A stretch of DNA of 64,000 nt from the human T2T-CHM13v2.0 reference genome, Homo sapiens. Position 1 is the stretch's first letter; every line of letters begins with the position of its first letter. The translations under genes and the position numbers were made by a program. The stretch lies in NCBI RefSeq assembly GCF_009914755.1, contig NC_060941.1. One strand, written 5' to 3'. Under the pieces are notes generated by a model. It was not told the origin of the DNA. It saw only the letters and a list, made by a program, of their open reading frames with translations, and searched no databases. Below are positions 21,884-41,973 of this stretch, piece by piece.

Positions 21884-21902
21884 CTGCCACTAGATGGCCA
21901 TA
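21884..21902 (+). promoter_or_regulatory. CTCF-like core motif
   Basis: ctgCCACTAGATGGCcata, preceded by gctgttc resembling the upstream CTCF module. Confidence 0.6.
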
Positions 21903-22159
21903 ATGGCTCAGCTAAGTCACCCAAACCCTGTCCCTTTCCTGACTGTTGGTGGGGCTGTCAGACCATGCCTTCTTCTACAGCTTCATTGTTATGAAACTGT
22001 CATACTATAATTATTTAAAATGTAATTAATCAATTAACTAATTTATTAAAAATATATAGTGAGCACCTTCCATGTGTCAGGAACTGAAATAGGAACAGGC
22101 AGGGAATGTACACAACGGCCAAGTCCCTGCCCTCAGGGAGGTTAGGCTGCTGCTTTCTA

Positions 22160-22849
<690 letters not shown>

Positions 22850-23134
22850 TTATGGCCAAGCACAGCCACGTAAACATTGCCTCATAAATCAACGATAAGA
22901 TTCTGAAGACTGAGAAACTAGGCCAGAGTTAGCCTAGTTACGCCATTTGCAAGCGCATAATGGGGTTGAACCTGCAAGACACATTCTCCCATCGAGCTGG
23001 GTACCCCCAAAGTTATTGTGTCAGGGGAGCCGCACAGATGCCCTTGGTGTTTATGGATATGAGGGCACACAGTTCACCAGCTGTCCTTTTTCTGTGAAAT
23101 AAGGGATTGTATTCAAATAACAGGATTTCCTTAA

Positions 23135-23495
<361 letters not shown>

Positions 23496-23529
23496 TGAGA
23501 CAAGAGGTAAAGAAATGCTGTGTGTGTGT

Positions 23530-23690
23530 AGGAGGTAGGAGAGGATCAGGAAAACTAACTAATAGGTACTAGGCTTAATACCTGGGTGACAAAATCATCT
23601 GTACAACACTCTCATGACACAATTTTACCTATATAACAAACCTGCACATGTACCCCTGAACTTGAAATAAAAGTTAAATTTAAAAAAAAT
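23530..23690 (+). mobile_element. L1PA/L1PB 3' terminal fragment
   Basis: ggtactaggcttaatacctgggtgac...acaaacctgcacatgtacccctgaacttgaaataaaagtt. Confidence 0.85.
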
Positions 23691-23785
23691 GCCATATGTG
23701 GCTGGCGCAGTGGCTCATGCCTAGAATCCCAACACTTTGGAAGGCCAAGGCGGGAGGATCGCTTGAGCCCAGGAGTCCAAGATCA

Positions 23786-24016
<231 letters not shown>

Positions 24017-24816
24017 CTACCTCCTTCTACTCGCCAGGGGTCAGCCAGCGAGAGTAGATACAGCATCAACTTCAGTGCTAAACAGTCTCAAGTTCAAACC
24101 CTGGAGCATTTTGCCACGTGACCTCAGGCGGGCCATTGAATTTCTCTGAGCCTGAGTTTCCTCATCTACTTAAAAAACCCTTTCCTGGCATTATCGGGCA
24201 GCTGATGACTCACGCAAAGGTCCTCACAAAGAATGAACAACCAAGAAGCATTCTTGCCCCCTTCAAAACAATTGCCTCATAAAACTTGATGAAGATAGTA
24301 TTTTCAAAACAAATGTAGCAGAGTGATGTAACAGTTTTAGTTTTTAAAACATTTTAACCTTTACAAAGGGCTAATATAGGCATACAGTGTAAAATTCAAA
24401 AGTCATTCTACAAAAGGATAGAGAATGAAAAGCCTGCTCCTCTGCTGTCCCCTAGGGGACCCAGTTTCACTCTGAAGACAGTCAGTGTTTCAGATTCTTG
24501 TATAATATTCCAGGAATAGACATATATGTCTACTTAAGTATCCTTTTTTGCATAAATAGTAGTGTACTATACATATTGTTCTATATATTCCAAGTGCTTT
24601 CAAAATGATTAATTTTTCCATTATAAAATTATTGATCATTTTAGAACATTTGCAAAATGCAGAAAAGTAGAATGAAGAAAAAAATACTCCTAAGAATAAC
24701 CACTTTTAATGATTTGGTATATTTTTATCACTTCCTCCCCACCCTCCATTTCATTTGGTTGTTTTCCTTTAATCTTTTAAATCTTTACTGGGTATTTTAA
24801 AATGACAAAAACACTA

Positions 24817-25280
<464 letters not shown>

Positions 25281-25699
25281 TCACATCATGAATGGCATTT
25301 TTGCAACTTGCCTTTTTTTTTGAATGTGGAGACAGGGTCTTGCTATGTTGCCCAGACTGGTCTGGAACTTCTGGCCTCAAGTGATCCTCCCACCTTGGCC
25401 TCCCAAAGTGCTGGGAGCCACTGCACCCCGTCACACCTTGCTTTTTTTTTAAGGTTAACAATCTGTGTGGGGGATCTTTCATTCTGTATGTATAGAATTA
25501 CTTAATTCTTTTTCCTGGCTTGCAGTATGAAATCATAGTATGGCTGTACTGTAATTTAATGAACCAGTCTACTATTGATGGACTTATAAATTGTACAGTT
25601 TCTGTAAGGTTCTTGACTATTCCGTGCTGGTGGATTTCAACTGTGATTCCCGCACTTTGTTCCCTTCCCTCTGCAGCACTGTGTTTACTGAAATTTGAA

Positions 25700-29270
<3,571 letters not shown>

Positions 29271-29280
29271 AAAAATCAAG

Positions 29281-29311
<31 letters not shown>

Positions 29312-30084
29312 TTCATTTTTTTTTTGAGGTGGAGTCTTGCCCTGTTGTCCAGTCTGGAGTACAGTGGCACCATCTTGGCTGACTGCAACCTCTGCGTCCT
29401 GGGTTCAAGCGATTTCTGGCTAATTTTTGGATTTTTAGTAGGGATGGGGTTTCACCATGTTGGCCAGGCTGGTCTCAAACTCCTGACCTGAAATGATCCA
29501 CCCACCTTGGCCTTCTAAAATGCTGAACTTACAGGCATGAGCCACCACACCAGGCCAAGATTTTTTTTTAATTTTATTTTAAAAAATATTCCATATTTTC
29601 TTCTGGTATTTTATGATTTTATTCTCTACATTTAGATGTTTGATCCATTTGAAATTTATTTTGGTGTAGAGAAAGAGGTGCAGATTCAAATTGAGTTTTG
29701 TATTTCATTGTTTGTTTGTTTTTTCCTGATGGCTAGAGCCATCTCATTTAGAGTTGACCCAATCTCATTTAGTGAACTACTATCTTTATAGTAACACATT
29801 CCCGAGTATATTCGTGTCTATTTTGGGATTCTCTATTCTGGTATCTGTCTATTCATGTGCAGGAACCAAACTGTTTTAATTATTGTCCTCATTACTCTTC
29901 TTTCTTCAGAGTTTTCCAGGCTATATTTAATATTTATTTCCCATAAGAATTTTAGAATCAATTTGTTTAGTTCCAAAAATAGTCTCATTCCTATTTTTAT
30001 AGGAATAGAGATTTGGTTAAATTTATAGGTTAACTTTAGAAGAATATCTTTATGATTTTGAGTCTTTCCAAGAATAGTTGTGGG

Positions 30085-30117
<33 letters not shown>

Positions 30118-30319
30118 TTGAGACTGAGTCTTGTTCTGTCATGCAGGCTGGAGTGCAGTGACACGATCTCAGCTCACTGCAGCTAGGACCTCCCAGGCTT
30201 ATTGATCCTCTTCCGCCTCAGCCCCCCAAGTAGCTGAAACTACAGGTGTGAACCACCGGGCCTGGCCAACAGTGTTTTTTCTTTCAATTTATTTAAGTCC
30301 TGCCTTTTCCCCTTAAGTC

Positions 30320-30362
<43 letters not shown>
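30085..30362. repeat. (TG)n about 30085-30111 and (CA)n about 30325-30362 microsatellites
   Basis: Direct inspection. Confidence 0.95.
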
Positions 30363-30365
<3 letters not shown>

Positions 30366-30715
30366 TTCTGATTAATTTTTGGTATTTTATTTTTGTTGTT
30401 TTAATTGTTATTGTCTCTTTTTCTTGATGATAATATCTACCTAGTCACAATTTTTGTATTGAGAACTTTGATTTTTATAAATTAATTTTGTACCTAGCAA
30501 CTTTTACAAATATGTTTAAAATCATTTTTTCCTTTAAAAACATTTTTATTATGAAACTTGTCATAGACAGAGATATACGTAAAACTTGTATGTTCAGGCC
30601 GCGCGCGGTGGCTCACGCCTGTAATCCCAGCACTTTGGGAGGCCGAGGCGGGCGGATCACGAGGTCAGGAGATCGAGACCATCCTGGCTAACATGGTGAA
30701 ACCCTGTCTCTACTA

Positions 30716-31015
<300 letters not shown>

Positions 31016-31039
31016 TTATTTTTCAGGTGAATTGTTGTT

Positions 31040-31245
31040 AGCACTTAAAATTCAGGAGATTTTACATGAAAAACCAATTTCTGGCCTCTCTTGAAAAATC
31101 AGAAAATGCATCCACACTGGGCCCACATTTCCAGATGGCAACAATTGCCTGGAGCGTGGAGCATGGCTTTCTTCGCGGGAGCATGTCCTCTTCAGCTCAA
31201 CTTTAAGGCCAAGCGTCAGTTGCCATTTATCATCACACTTGAGCC
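31040..31245. mobile_element. MER102-like hAT MITE fragment
   Basis: aaaattcaggagatttacatgaaaaa...ctcttgaaaaatcag...acactgggcccacatt...tcagttgccatttatcatcacacttg. Confidence 0.6.
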
Positions 31246-31808
31246 ACACTTGCCTTGGAGGTAGGTGTCTGAATTTCTGAACTTTGCTTTAGCATATTAA
31301 AAACAGAAGGAGGTTGGATGTCGGAAAGTAAGGCCGAGGAAGGATGCATGGTTCTGGTGTAGGCGGTGGGATAGTACCCTTCCCTGAGGCAGGAGCGCCA
31401 AGTTTGCAGAGAAGATGATGTGCTTGTTTCTAGACACATTGAGTTTGAGGTGCTTGTGCACGAGCAAGCAGGGCAGAGCTATCTAGTAGACAGTTGCACA
31501 ACGAAGCCCAGAGCTCAGGTTAGCTGTGCAGGTTTGGGGATCATCAGCTTTCGGAAGGCAGCCGAAGCCATGGGAGTGGAAGAGATGACCAAGGGGGAGT
31601 GGGCTGGATGTGAAGAACCTCGGGGAGTCCGCATTGAAGGGAGCTGCAAGGAAAGCAGATTCTTTACTGTATCCCCAGCGCCTAGCTGAATGATATTTAC
31701 ATGGGACACTGGAGAGAGGAGGATACTCCTACTGAAAGGAAGGGCAGAAAAGAGGACCGTGGTCCAGAAGCTAGGGAAAAGAGTGCGTTTGAAGAAAGTG
31801 GGGTGTAG

Positions 31809-32249
<441 letters not shown>

Positions 32250-32516
32250 TCAGGGATGAGGAGGGAATGGGAAGAAAAGAGTGACGGGGATCTGTGGACG
32301 ACATTCTTTAAAGCAGGCAGGCCGTGAAGGGGAGGACAGGATATGGCACCTGAAGAAGGACAGGAGTTGAAGGGGCGCTGTTTTTTATCCTTTTAATATT
32401 GTAGAAACTTGGCCAAACTTAAATGATGGGAAGGAACTAGTAGATTGAAGGTATAGGAGAGCTGGAAGAGGGCATCTGAAAGGGAAAGGAAGTTATACTA
32501 GAATAGGCAGCCCAGG

Positions 32517-33149
32517 CTTCCGGTTCTAGGTGCTTCAGGAGCCGTGGCTTAAGGTGCAGACATGGCCAAGTCCACACCATACACCACCAGTCCCGAAAAT
32601 GGCACAGAAATGGTATCAAGAAACCGCGATCACAAAGATACAAATCTCTTAAGGGGGTGGACTCCAAGTTCCTGAGGAACATGCGCTTTGCCAAGAAGCA
32701 CAAAAGAAGGGCCTAAAGAAGATGCACACCAACAATGCCAAGGCCATAAGTCCACGTGCCGAGGCTCTCAAGGCCCTCGTAAAGCCCAAGGAGGTTAAGC
32801 CCAAGATCCCAAAGGGTGTCAGCCATAAACTTGATCGACTTGCCTACATTGCCCACCCCAACCTTGGGAAGCTTGCTCGTGCCTGCATGGCCAAGGGGCT
32901 CAGGCTGTGCCGGCCCAAGGCCAAGGCCAAGGATCAAACCAAGGCCCAGGCTGCAGCTCCAGCTTCAGTTTCAGCTCAGGCTCCCAAAGCTGCCCAGTGC
33001 CCTACAAAGACTTCAGAGTAGATATCTCTGTCTGCCAACGTGAGGACAGAAGGACAGGTGCCACCCACCCCGGGCTGCCGTCTGCATGGGGCTGGGGTCC
33101 TCCTGCGCTATTGGTACAAATAAGCCTGAGGCAGAAAAAAAAAAAAAAA
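32517..33149 (+). pseudogene. RPL29P2: Processed RPL29 pseudogene (probably RPL29P2)
   Basis: Intronless RPL29 copy: pyrimidine-rich 5' end, ATG 32562 (MAKS...), frameshifts early on, C-terminal ORF 32722..33021 [16 protein letters not shown]...QAAAPAS, poly(A) 33135-33149, 17-bp TSD AGAATAGGCAGCCCAGG at 32500-32516 and 33149-33165. The P2 number is from recall. Confidence 0.92.
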
Positions 33150-33935
33150 GAATAGGCAGCCCAGGAAGAAGGGTTAGCCTTGGGTGGGAGGAGGGACTGT
33201 CCTATCATAAATGGGAGAAATTGTAGCGTGGAAACAGGTAAGTGCATACGTTTTACAGCTGGAAGTGGATGGAATTCTCACCTGATGGCCTTTTATTTCT
33301 GTGATATAGGAGGTGAGGCTTTCTGCAGAGAGGGCAACAGGGCAACAGGAAGACCAGGTTTGAGAAGAGTGGAAAGGATTTGCAGGTAGTGACTTGTGAG
33401 AACAGGAGGGAGGGCAGGTTAGGGAACAGGGATGCAGCCTGGAGAACCCAGGTGGGACAGGCTGAGTCACGGTGGTGCCAAGCTGTGTGGTCATGTGACC
33501 TTCTCCAGCCTTTCCCACAGGGGCTCGAGGGGAGGACAGTCGGATTTAGCCAGCACTGGCGTTTTGTCAGGAGGTTTAGACTAAAGAATGAGACAAAGTG
33601 AGTGAGGATTGGCGAGAGAGTGGCTAAAATAAAGGATACCAAGGTCTGTGGAGGAGGAAGTGAAGTAGGGAGGGGGTTAACAGGAAGAAAAACCAGGGGT
33701 CAGTGGTCTGAAAAATAAGCAGGTTGGGAGAACTTGAGGACCAATGCTGGGATGCAGGGGAGGAAGCTGGGCCCCGGGAGCAGGAGGTCTGAGTGGGTTT
33801 TCTCAGACGTGGAGCGGTTGTGAACAGCAAGCTTCAGGGCGTGGCATGGGAGTGGCAGCTGGAACAGGAAGGAGGAGGCCACTGGATATGAAGTGGCAAA
33901 GGACACTTAAGATGAAGGCTTCATATGCAATTTAA

Positions 33936-34067
<132 letters not shown>

Positions 34068-34085
34068 TGACTGATATCTCATTTA

Positions 34086-34600
<515 letters not shown>

Positions 34601-35234
34601 TAGAGATGGGGGTCTCACTATGTTGCCCAGGCTGGTCTCAAACTCCTGAGCTCAAGCAATCACCTACCTCAGCCTCCCAAAGTGCTAGGATTAGGTGTGA
34701 GCCACTGTGCCTGGCCCCAGTGAAATTCATTTTAATACTTGATCCAACATTCCCCAAATATCATTCCAACATCAATCAATATAAAAATTATTAATGGGAT
34801 ATTTTCTATTATTTCTATCTATTTATAATGATTATTGTTTTAGAGACAGGGTCTTGCTCTGTGGAGTGCAGTGGTGCGATCTCAGCTCACTGCAACTTCT
34901 GCCTCCCAGGCTTAAGCGATTCTTGTGCCTCATTCTCCTGAGTAGCTGGGATTACAGGCGCACGCCACTGCGCCCGGCTAATTTTTGTATTTTTTGTAGA
35001 GATGGGATTCCCCCGTGTTGGCCAGACTGGTCTCAAACTCCTGAGCTCAAGTGATCCGCCTGCCTCGGCCCCACAAAGTGCTGGGATTACAGGCGTGAGC
35101 CACCATACCAGGCCTCTGCTTCATTTCTCATCTCGACATTTCCCTGTGCTTCCCAGCCTCTCCACCTGTTCGATTGTTGCTCTAGTTTATCCCCTCGTGC
35201 GGTCCCCTCACTGCCTGGCTGCTCTCTCTCAAAG

Positions 35235-35381
35235 GTCCCTTCTGATTCTCTTTGCGGAAATTGACTACTGGGAGCGGCTGCTGTTTGAGACGCCCCATTA
35301 CGTGGTGAACGTAGCTGAGCGAGCCGAGGACCTGCGCATTCTGCGTGAAAATCTGCTACTCGTTGCTAGAGACTACAATAG
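35235..35381 (+). CDS. DNAH2: DNAH2 exon w13 (147 nt) SLLILFAEIDYWERL...ARDYN
   Basis: tcaaag|G...AATAG|gtaggg. Confidence 0.94.
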
Positions 35382-35810
35382 GTAGGGCTTCAGTCCTCAC
35401 TGCAGCCCTTCAAGATGCTATTTTATTCCTTCTTTTTCTCTTATCTGGCCTGTAATGTTGTTCATTTTCTACAATTTCTGTCCTCTACATCTTTTCCATC
35501 TCAAAAAAAAAAAAATTGTCTCCCACTCTTACGGCCCTATCATTATTCCTACCCCTTGTAGTTTTATTTTCTAGCTGCAGGGTGGAGAGTAAAGCCAACC
35601 AGGTCCCCTCCCACCCCACTGGTCACTTGTACCATATATATTGTAGCTCTGGGCCAGTTCTCTAGGAATGAGACGGGCTGGCATTAGGATTATGTGCACA
35701 GAATAACATCAGACTCATTGAACTAAGGCCCTGCTGCCCCCATCCCTGCCTCAGTTTCTGGACTGCCTTGGTATTCTCTCTGGAGTGAGGCTTTGTTCTG
35801 GGTTAGGTAC

Positions 35811-36171
35811 TGTCTTAGTCTGTTTGGGCTTCTATAACAAAATGCCATAGACCGGGTGGCTTATAAACAACAAACATTTATTTCTCACAGTTCTGGGGGC
35901 TGGTGAGTCCAAGAGCAAGGCACCAGCAGATTTGGTGTCTGGTGATGGCCTGCGTCCTGGTTCATAGGTGGCTATCTTCTTGCTCTGTCCTCACATAGTG
36001 GAAGGAGACAAGGGAGCTCTCTTAGGCCTCTTTTATGAAGCCACTAATTCCCTTCATGAGGGCTCCACCTTCATGACCTAATCACCTCCCAGAGGTCCTA
36101 ACACCATCACTGTGGGAGTGGGGATTTTAACATATAAATTTGGTGGGGACACACACATTCAGACGATAGCA
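35811..36171. mobile_element. MaLR solo LTR (MLT1A-like)
   Basis: tgtcttagtctgtttgggct...tttatttctcacagttctgg...cctaatcacctccca...ggggacacacacattcagacgatagca. Confidence 0.85.
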
Positions 36172-36237
36172 GGAAATTTCTCAGCCCAGTTAAAGTCCAA
36201 GGAGGTGCAACCAGCAGTCTTGTTTGGGTGTCTAGAA

Positions 36238-36511
36238 CTGCAGTGTCCAACATGGTGGCCTCCAGCTGCATGTGGCTATTTCCATGTAAATTAAGTAAAT
36301 AAACTTAAAAATTTGATTACTCATTGGTACAGGCCACATTTCAAATGCTCCATAGCCAAATGTGATGAGTGGGTGCTATATTGGACAGCACACATCGCAT
36401 TAAGTTGGTGCAAAGTGATTGCAGTTGTTGCCATTACTTAAATGGCAATCACTTTTGCACCAACCTAAGAGAACACTTCCATCATTGCAAAAAGTTCTTT
36501 TGGAAGTACTA
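36238..36511. mobile_element. MER3-like hAT MITE with GTCTAGAA TSD, interrupted by MADE1
   Basis: ctgcagtgtccaacatggt...catgtggctattt...atattggacagcac [MADE1] gaacacttccatcattgcaaaaagttc; gtctagaa on both sides. Confidence 0.75.
36400..36468. mobile_element. MADE1 (Hsmar1-derived mariner MITE)
   Basis: ttaagttggtgcaaagtgattgc...gcaatcacttttgcaccaacctaa inverted termini. Confidence 0.88.
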
Positions 36512-36639
36512 GTCTAGAATCTAGTCTAGAATCTAGACTAGTGGTCTAGAAATGTTCACATTTCTCCACTGTTTCCTGAAGTGGAGGAAAGATCTTCAGG
36601 GCTTGTCCCCTCTGGATACCAGGCCTCTCTTATGCACAG

Positions 36640-36796
36640 GATTATTGCCATGCTGTCCCCAGATGAGCAGGCCCTATTCAAAGAGCGTATTCGGCTCCTG
36701 GATAAGAAGATCCACCCGGGACTCAAGAAACTGCACTGGGCCTTGAAGGGGGCCAGTGCCTTCTTCATCACGGAGTGCCGTATACATGCCAGCAAG
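36640..36796 (+). CDS. DNAH2: DNAH2 exon w14 (157 nt) RIIAMLSPDEQ...IHASK
   Basis: gcacag|G...AAG|gtgggc. Confidence 0.94.
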
Positions 36797-37029
36797 GTGG
36801 GCCATGGTCCTTAGACCCTAAAGGTCTGCAAGGCTGATGGGTCATTTATACCTGAGTGTTGCATAGAGATTGGGAAACCTGGGGGTAGTGTAAAAAGAAT
36901 TAAGTTTGCTTGGGGAAGGACTTTTTTGTGTGTCATCCAGTCTAGCTGGAGAACAAGTGGGAGGGTAGAATGAGGTCCAGATGGTCTCTTCCCGAGCTGA
37001 AACTCCCCCATGACGGGGCCTGACTCTAG

Positions 37030-37269
37030 GTGCAGATGATTGTGAATGAGTTCAAGGCATCCACTCTGACCATTGGCTGGCGAGCCCAAGAGATGTCAGA
37101 GAAGCTGCTGGTACGCATTAGTGGCAAACGGGTATACAGGGACCTGGAATTTGAAGAGGACCAAAGAGAGCATCGGGCAGCTGTACAGCAGAAATTGATG
37201 AACCTGCACCAGGATGTGGTGACCATCATGACCAACTCCTATGAGGTCTTCAAGAATGATGGTCCTGAG
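37030..37269 (+). CDS. DNAH2: DNAH2 exon w15 (240 nt) VQMIVNEFK...KNDGPE
   Basis: ctctag|GTG...GAG|gtaggg. Confidence 0.94.
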
Positions 37270-37566
37270 GTAGGGTTCCTGTGGCCAGGATGTTGTGGTT
37301 GGAAAAACCACAGTCCCCCAGTTCCATCAGGCCATTCTCTTGCTCCCCGACCCTTTTTTCTTTTTTACCAGTGTGTACTTCTCAAACATCGTGCTCTAGT
37401 CTTGGACTCAGCCAACCTTCAGTCCTCACACCTCTTCCTCCAGGACTCAACGTCCTGCGTTTCCATTAAACCAACTTGTTTCCTTCCCTGTTGGCTGGTT
37501 CTCACTTCCCAGGATGTGCCCTGTCTTCCCTGAAAAGTTCTCTTTTTCCTCCCTCCATCCCATCAG

Positions 37567-37755
37567 ATTCAGCAGCAGTGGATGCTGTACATGATTCGGC
37601 TGGACCGCATGATGGAGGATGCCCTGCGCCTGAATGTGAAGTGGTCACTGCTAGAACTATCCAAGGCTATCAACGGGGATGGAAAGACCAGCCCAAACCC
37701 ACTCTTCCAAGTCCTTGTCATTTTGAAGAATGATCTGCAAGGAAGTGTGGCACAG
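37567..37755 (+). CDS. DNAH2: DNAH2 exon w16 (189 nt) IQQQWMLYM...GSVAQ
   Basis: catcag|ATT...CAG|gtaaga. Confidence 0.94.
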
Positions 37756-37935
37756 GTAAGAACCACTTTGCCCCCAACATCTCAAAACCATTGCATCTTA
37801 TTTGTCAGTTTCCCTTAATTCCTAAACTTGGTCCTTGGCCTTGACTTTATCCTATGGCCTTCAGACCTGCTGCTGAAGTGTGTGACCTTCCCAGTCCTAA
37901 GGCTTTTCTCTCCATCTCCACTGGGTTCCTCACAG

Positions 37936-38083
37936 GTGGAATTCTCACCCACTCTGCAGACTTTGGCAGGTGTGGTCAATGACATTGGCAACCACCTCTT
38001 TTCCACCATCTCTGTCTTCTGCCACCTCCCTGACATTCTCACCAAGCGCAAGTTACATCGTGAACCCATCCAAACAGTTGTGG
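37936..38083 (+). CDS. DNAH2: DNAH2 exon w17 (148 nt) [10 protein letters not shown]...IQTVV
   Basis: tcacag|GTG...GTGG|gtgagt. Confidence 0.94.
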
Positions 38084-38884
38084 GTGAGTGGGCAACGGGG
38101 AGGGCACAAGGCACAGGGTTTCAGAGGCTGTCGAGTGGGCCAGGCCAGGAGGAGAGACCAGGGCTATTTCCAGGCATACTGGGCCAGTCACCTCCCTGAC
38201 CTGGGGAAAACTCAGGTCAAGGGGCCAGATCGGCTGGCACAGTGGCTTGTGCCTGTAATCCCAGCACTTTGGGAGGCTGAGGCAGGCAGGTCATTTGAGG
38301 TCAGGAGTTCGAGACTAGCCTGGCCAACATGGCAAAACCCCATCTCTACTAAAAATCCAAAAATTAGCCAGGCATGGTGGCGGGTGCCTATAATCCCAAC
38401 TACTCAGGAGGCTGAGGCAAAGAATCACCCCGGAGGCGGAGGTTGCAGTGAGCGGAGATCATGCCACTGCACTCCAGCCTGGGTGACAGAGTGAGACTCC
38501 ATCTAAAAAAAAAAACAAAAACAGGGGGGCCAGACTGGGGAAGGGAGCAGGGGCATGGATGGGGGTTGAGATTAGGTGACTGATGCTCATGGGTTTTGGG
38601 ATTTGGGATGGGAGATGAGGAAAGACAAGCTTGGGACTGGGACTGGGACTGGCCTGTAAGAGGCCTAGATACCAACAGACAAGACATCACATCCTATGAA
38701 GGAGACACTAAGAGTCACATTTTCACTTTCTGCCTACTCCTTTACCTTCTAATGTGCATGTTTGAGCTGTATTTCTCTGGGAAGCTGGTTTTAGAGTGGA
38801 AGGTCTGGAGCAGTGGGCAGGGCTCAGGCAGAAGTTGGGTTGGGGTGGAAGTCAGTGAGAAGCATCTTTCTTGGTCCTTTGAAG

Positions 38885-39077
38885 AGCAAGATGAGGACAT
38901 CAAGAAGATCCAGACCCAAATCAGCAGCGGCATGACTAACAACGCAAGCCTGCTGCAGAACTACCTCAAGACCTGGGACATGTACCGGGAGATCTGGGAG
39001 ATCAACAAGGACTCCTTCATTCATCGCTACCAGCGCCTCAACCCTCCTGTCTCTTCTTTTGTTGCCGACATTGCCCG
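38885..39077 (+). CDS. DNAH2: DNAH2 exon w18 (193 nt) EQDEDIKKIQ...VADIA
   Basis: ttgaag|AG...CCG|gtgagt. Confidence 0.93.
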
Positions 39078-39457
39078 GTGAGTGGTGAGGGTGGATTGAA
39101 AGTCTGTCTGTAGGAGGCACAGCACTGCAGGAGGAGCCCAGGCCTAGAGTCTTGGGAAGTGGGTAGGGGAGCTGAGGATGACATGTGTCCTCAATGACAG
39201 GAAAAGAACAGGACCTAGGACATTGGACCTTTGCTTCTCAAGGGGTAGAGATCAGGGAAGAGCTGGACAGGATTTAGGTGAAAAGCAGTTGTCTAGGGGA
39301 GGATGGCAGGGCCTGGTGAGAAAGAAGAAGTTCCAGAGATCTGGAAGATGAAAGAAGTGAGCCCTTTGATTCTAAGAAGGCAGATGGGAGTTAAATAGAA
39401 GATTATTTTGTTTGTTTTATTTTGTTTGAGACAGGATCTTGCTCTGTCATTGCCTAG

Positions 39458-39757
<300 letters not shown>

Positions 39758-40470
39758 TAGCTGGGATTACAGGCATTCACCACCACGCCTGGCTAATTTT
39801 TGTATTTTTAGTAGAGACAGGGTTTCACCATGTTGGCCAGGCTGGTCTCAAACTCCTGACCTCAAGTCATCCACCCGCCTTAGCCTCCCTCAGTGCTGGG
39901 ATTATAGGCGTAAGCCATTATGCCTGGCCTAGAAGAAGATCTTAATTTCTGATCTTAACTCACATCTTTTTATGGGCCTCTGGTCATTCATTCATTCATT
40001 CTGTAAACATTCATTCCATAAACATTCATTGTATGGGCCATGAGGAGTTAAGAAAAAAAAAAAAAAGAAATGAGCAAGTTCTTTCCTCCTGAGGGCTCTA
40101 GAGTAGTAAGGAAGATAAAAGTATCGCTGAAAGAGTGGTGGCCGTGGTGTCACGAGAAGACTTGGAATCGCAGCTGTGCCACTTAGTAGCTGTGTGACTT
40201 TAGGCAGGTTTTCTGTATTCTCTGGGCCTCAGTTTTCTATGAAACAGATATTACACTACCTACCTTGGAACCTTGTGAAATGATTAAAGATACATGAAGG
40301 CACTTTGTAGGCTGAAGCCCTGTGCTCGTGTACTGTGTTATTACACAGCTGCACTGTGGTAAATACTGTGATGAAGGGATATCACACGCCAGGGCAGTTC
40401 AATGGAAGGACAGAGGATTTCCAGCTGGGGATTTTAGGGAAGGCTTCCTGGAGGAAGGGACTTTGCGTAG

Positions 40471-40713
<243 letters not shown>

Positions 40714-41119
40714 TGATCCACCTGCCTTGGCCTCCCAAAGTGCTGGGATTACGGGCCTGAGCCACCAAGCCCGGCCGACTTTGCATAGGATTTCAACAGG
40801 CAGAGATGGGCAGTGGGGAAGGCATTCCATGTGGAGGAAATAGCATGAGCAAAGGCATAAAGATGTGAGTCCATGAGCACGTTCACCCCACAGAGTGAGA
40901 TCTGCAACATAGGCACAGGAAAGGAAGAACACAAAGGGGCGCTGTAGCAGCCAAGTGAATTCTCCCAACCACCTTGTGAGGCAGGCTCTGTTACTGTCAC
41001 TGTATTACAGATGAGGAAACCGAGACTCAAACAGTTAAAAAAAAAAAAAAAACCTGCCTGAGGTCATAGAACTAGGAAGCAGCACAGGGCAAATTCAACC
41101 CAGATCTGTGCCACTCTAA

Positions 41120-41569
<450 letters not shown>

Positions 41570-41973
41570 TGAGCCACTGTGCCTGGCCAATTTTTGTATT
41601 TTTAGTAGAGATAAGGTTTCACCATGTTGGCTAGGCTGGTCTTGAACTCCTGACCTCGTGATTCACCTGCCTCGGCCTCCCAAAGTGCTGGGATTACAGG
41701 CGTGAGCCATCGCACCCTGCCTCACTCTAGAGCTTTGAATGCCAGAATAAGAAGTTTGACTGCTATCTTATAGCCAGTGACTGGGAAAATGACAGTCAGT
41801 CACAGCTGCATGGCTGGGGCAGATTGGAATGAGGGATGCCTGGGAGTAGAAGAACACTCTAGAACTGCTGCCCAGGTTTGGGTGGAAGGAAATGAGACCT
41901 GCAGCCCGTGTGGGGACAGAGGGTATGTCTGCAAAGAAAACAACATCCTAGCTGGGATCTGGGGCTCTTGCAG

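Noticed and set aside
35002-35385. ORF from an Alu ATG running in frame into exon w13
   Set aside because: The Alu acceptors at 34999 and 35001 are out of frame with w12 and no promoter evidence is visible; probably chance
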